Below, one piece after another: positions 63,803 through 64,000 of a DNA stretch of 64,000 bases; position 1 is the first letter of the stretch; each line of letters opens with the position of its first letter. The DNA is taken from the NCBI GenBank assembly GCA_031422495.1, contig JANPLX010000100.1, forward strand, positions 197 through 64,196, in the 5' to 3' direction. The DNA comes from Polaromonas sp. (GTDB taxonomy: Bacteria; Pseudomonadota; Gammaproteobacteria; Burkholderiales; Burkholderiaceae_C). The notes beneath the pieces were generated by a model. It did not search any database, was not told where the DNA came from, and saw nothing but the letters and a program-made list of their open reading frames with translations. Both the position numbers and the translations under genes were made by a program.

Positions 63803-64000
63803 CGCACAGCACTCCTCCTGGCGTTGTCGGCGCTCTTAGAGATGCCGCAACCGCGCCTTCGGAAACCGGCTTCGACGCGCAGCTCTACAAGCGCTTCCCG
63901 ACACAAGGGGACAGGCCGCCCGGCGAACTAGAAACGTTGAAAAAGGTCTGGGAAACCCCGATGGGATGGCGATCTTTCAGCGCTGTCAACAACAACTTCA
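63799..64000 (+). CDS. ctaD: Cytochrome c oxidase subunit I, N-terminal fragment (runs off the window)
   Basis: ATGA overlap with the coxB stop. The ORF is open to the window end (MTHSTPPGVV...TLKKVWETPMGWRSFSAVNNN). The call rests mostly on position. Confidence 0.55.
   Translation, partial: MTHSTPPGVVGALRDAATAPSETGFDAQLYKRFPTQGDRPPGELETLKKVWETPMGWRSFSAVNNNF

Overview
This is a chromosomal window from a betaproteobacterium. The gene order looks Burkholderiales-like: argF-argD, etfBA plus acyl-CoA dehydrogenase, rubredoxin-pilGHIJ-chpA, and yqgE-ruvX-pyrR-pyrB-pyrC'-plsC. All calls were made by eye from the sequence and the ORF track, with no database searches. I found about 60 protein genes and no rRNA, tRNA, CRISPR array or prophage.

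Gene content by region:
- 1-19.8 kb: housekeeping metabolism, a LexA-box-controlled Y-family polymerase, and an amino-acid ABC transporter whose second permease carries an in-frame TAA.
- 19.8-30 kb: a complete purine/urate catabolic cluster (uraD-allC fusion, puuE, gntR, hiuH, puuD, xdhABC).
- 33-43 kb: the Pil-Chp twitching chemosensory operon, with a 2005-aa ChpA.
- 44.5-49.2 kb: the pyrimidine cluster.
- 49.3-53.3 kb: an orphan gene and a divergent iron-type ABC pair.
- From about 53.4 kb: a visibly GC-richer accessory segment holding a DUF305 protein, a Cu-ATPase, an IS630 scar, a PQQ dehydrogenase and an alternative caa3-type oxidase cluster.

Most notable observations:
1. A composite repeat of about 65-80 nt (GCTAT-N7-ATAGC palindrome plus an AATACGCCGGCTAGAG core) occurs at 15 or more sites. 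At least five copies sit in frame inside conserved genes (xdhA, xdhB, xdhC, etfA, pyrC'). This resembles Rickettsia RPE elements or uptake-sequence behaviour.
2. A tandem glycine riboswitch lies on the minus strand. It drives a DadA-family FAD dehydrogenase rather than gcvTHP, and sits back-to-back with a MetE-like gene.
3. A 9-bp coding tandem repeat creates a His-rich (HEN)n loop in an ABC ATPase.
4. An orphan helical protein is bracketed by repeat arrays.
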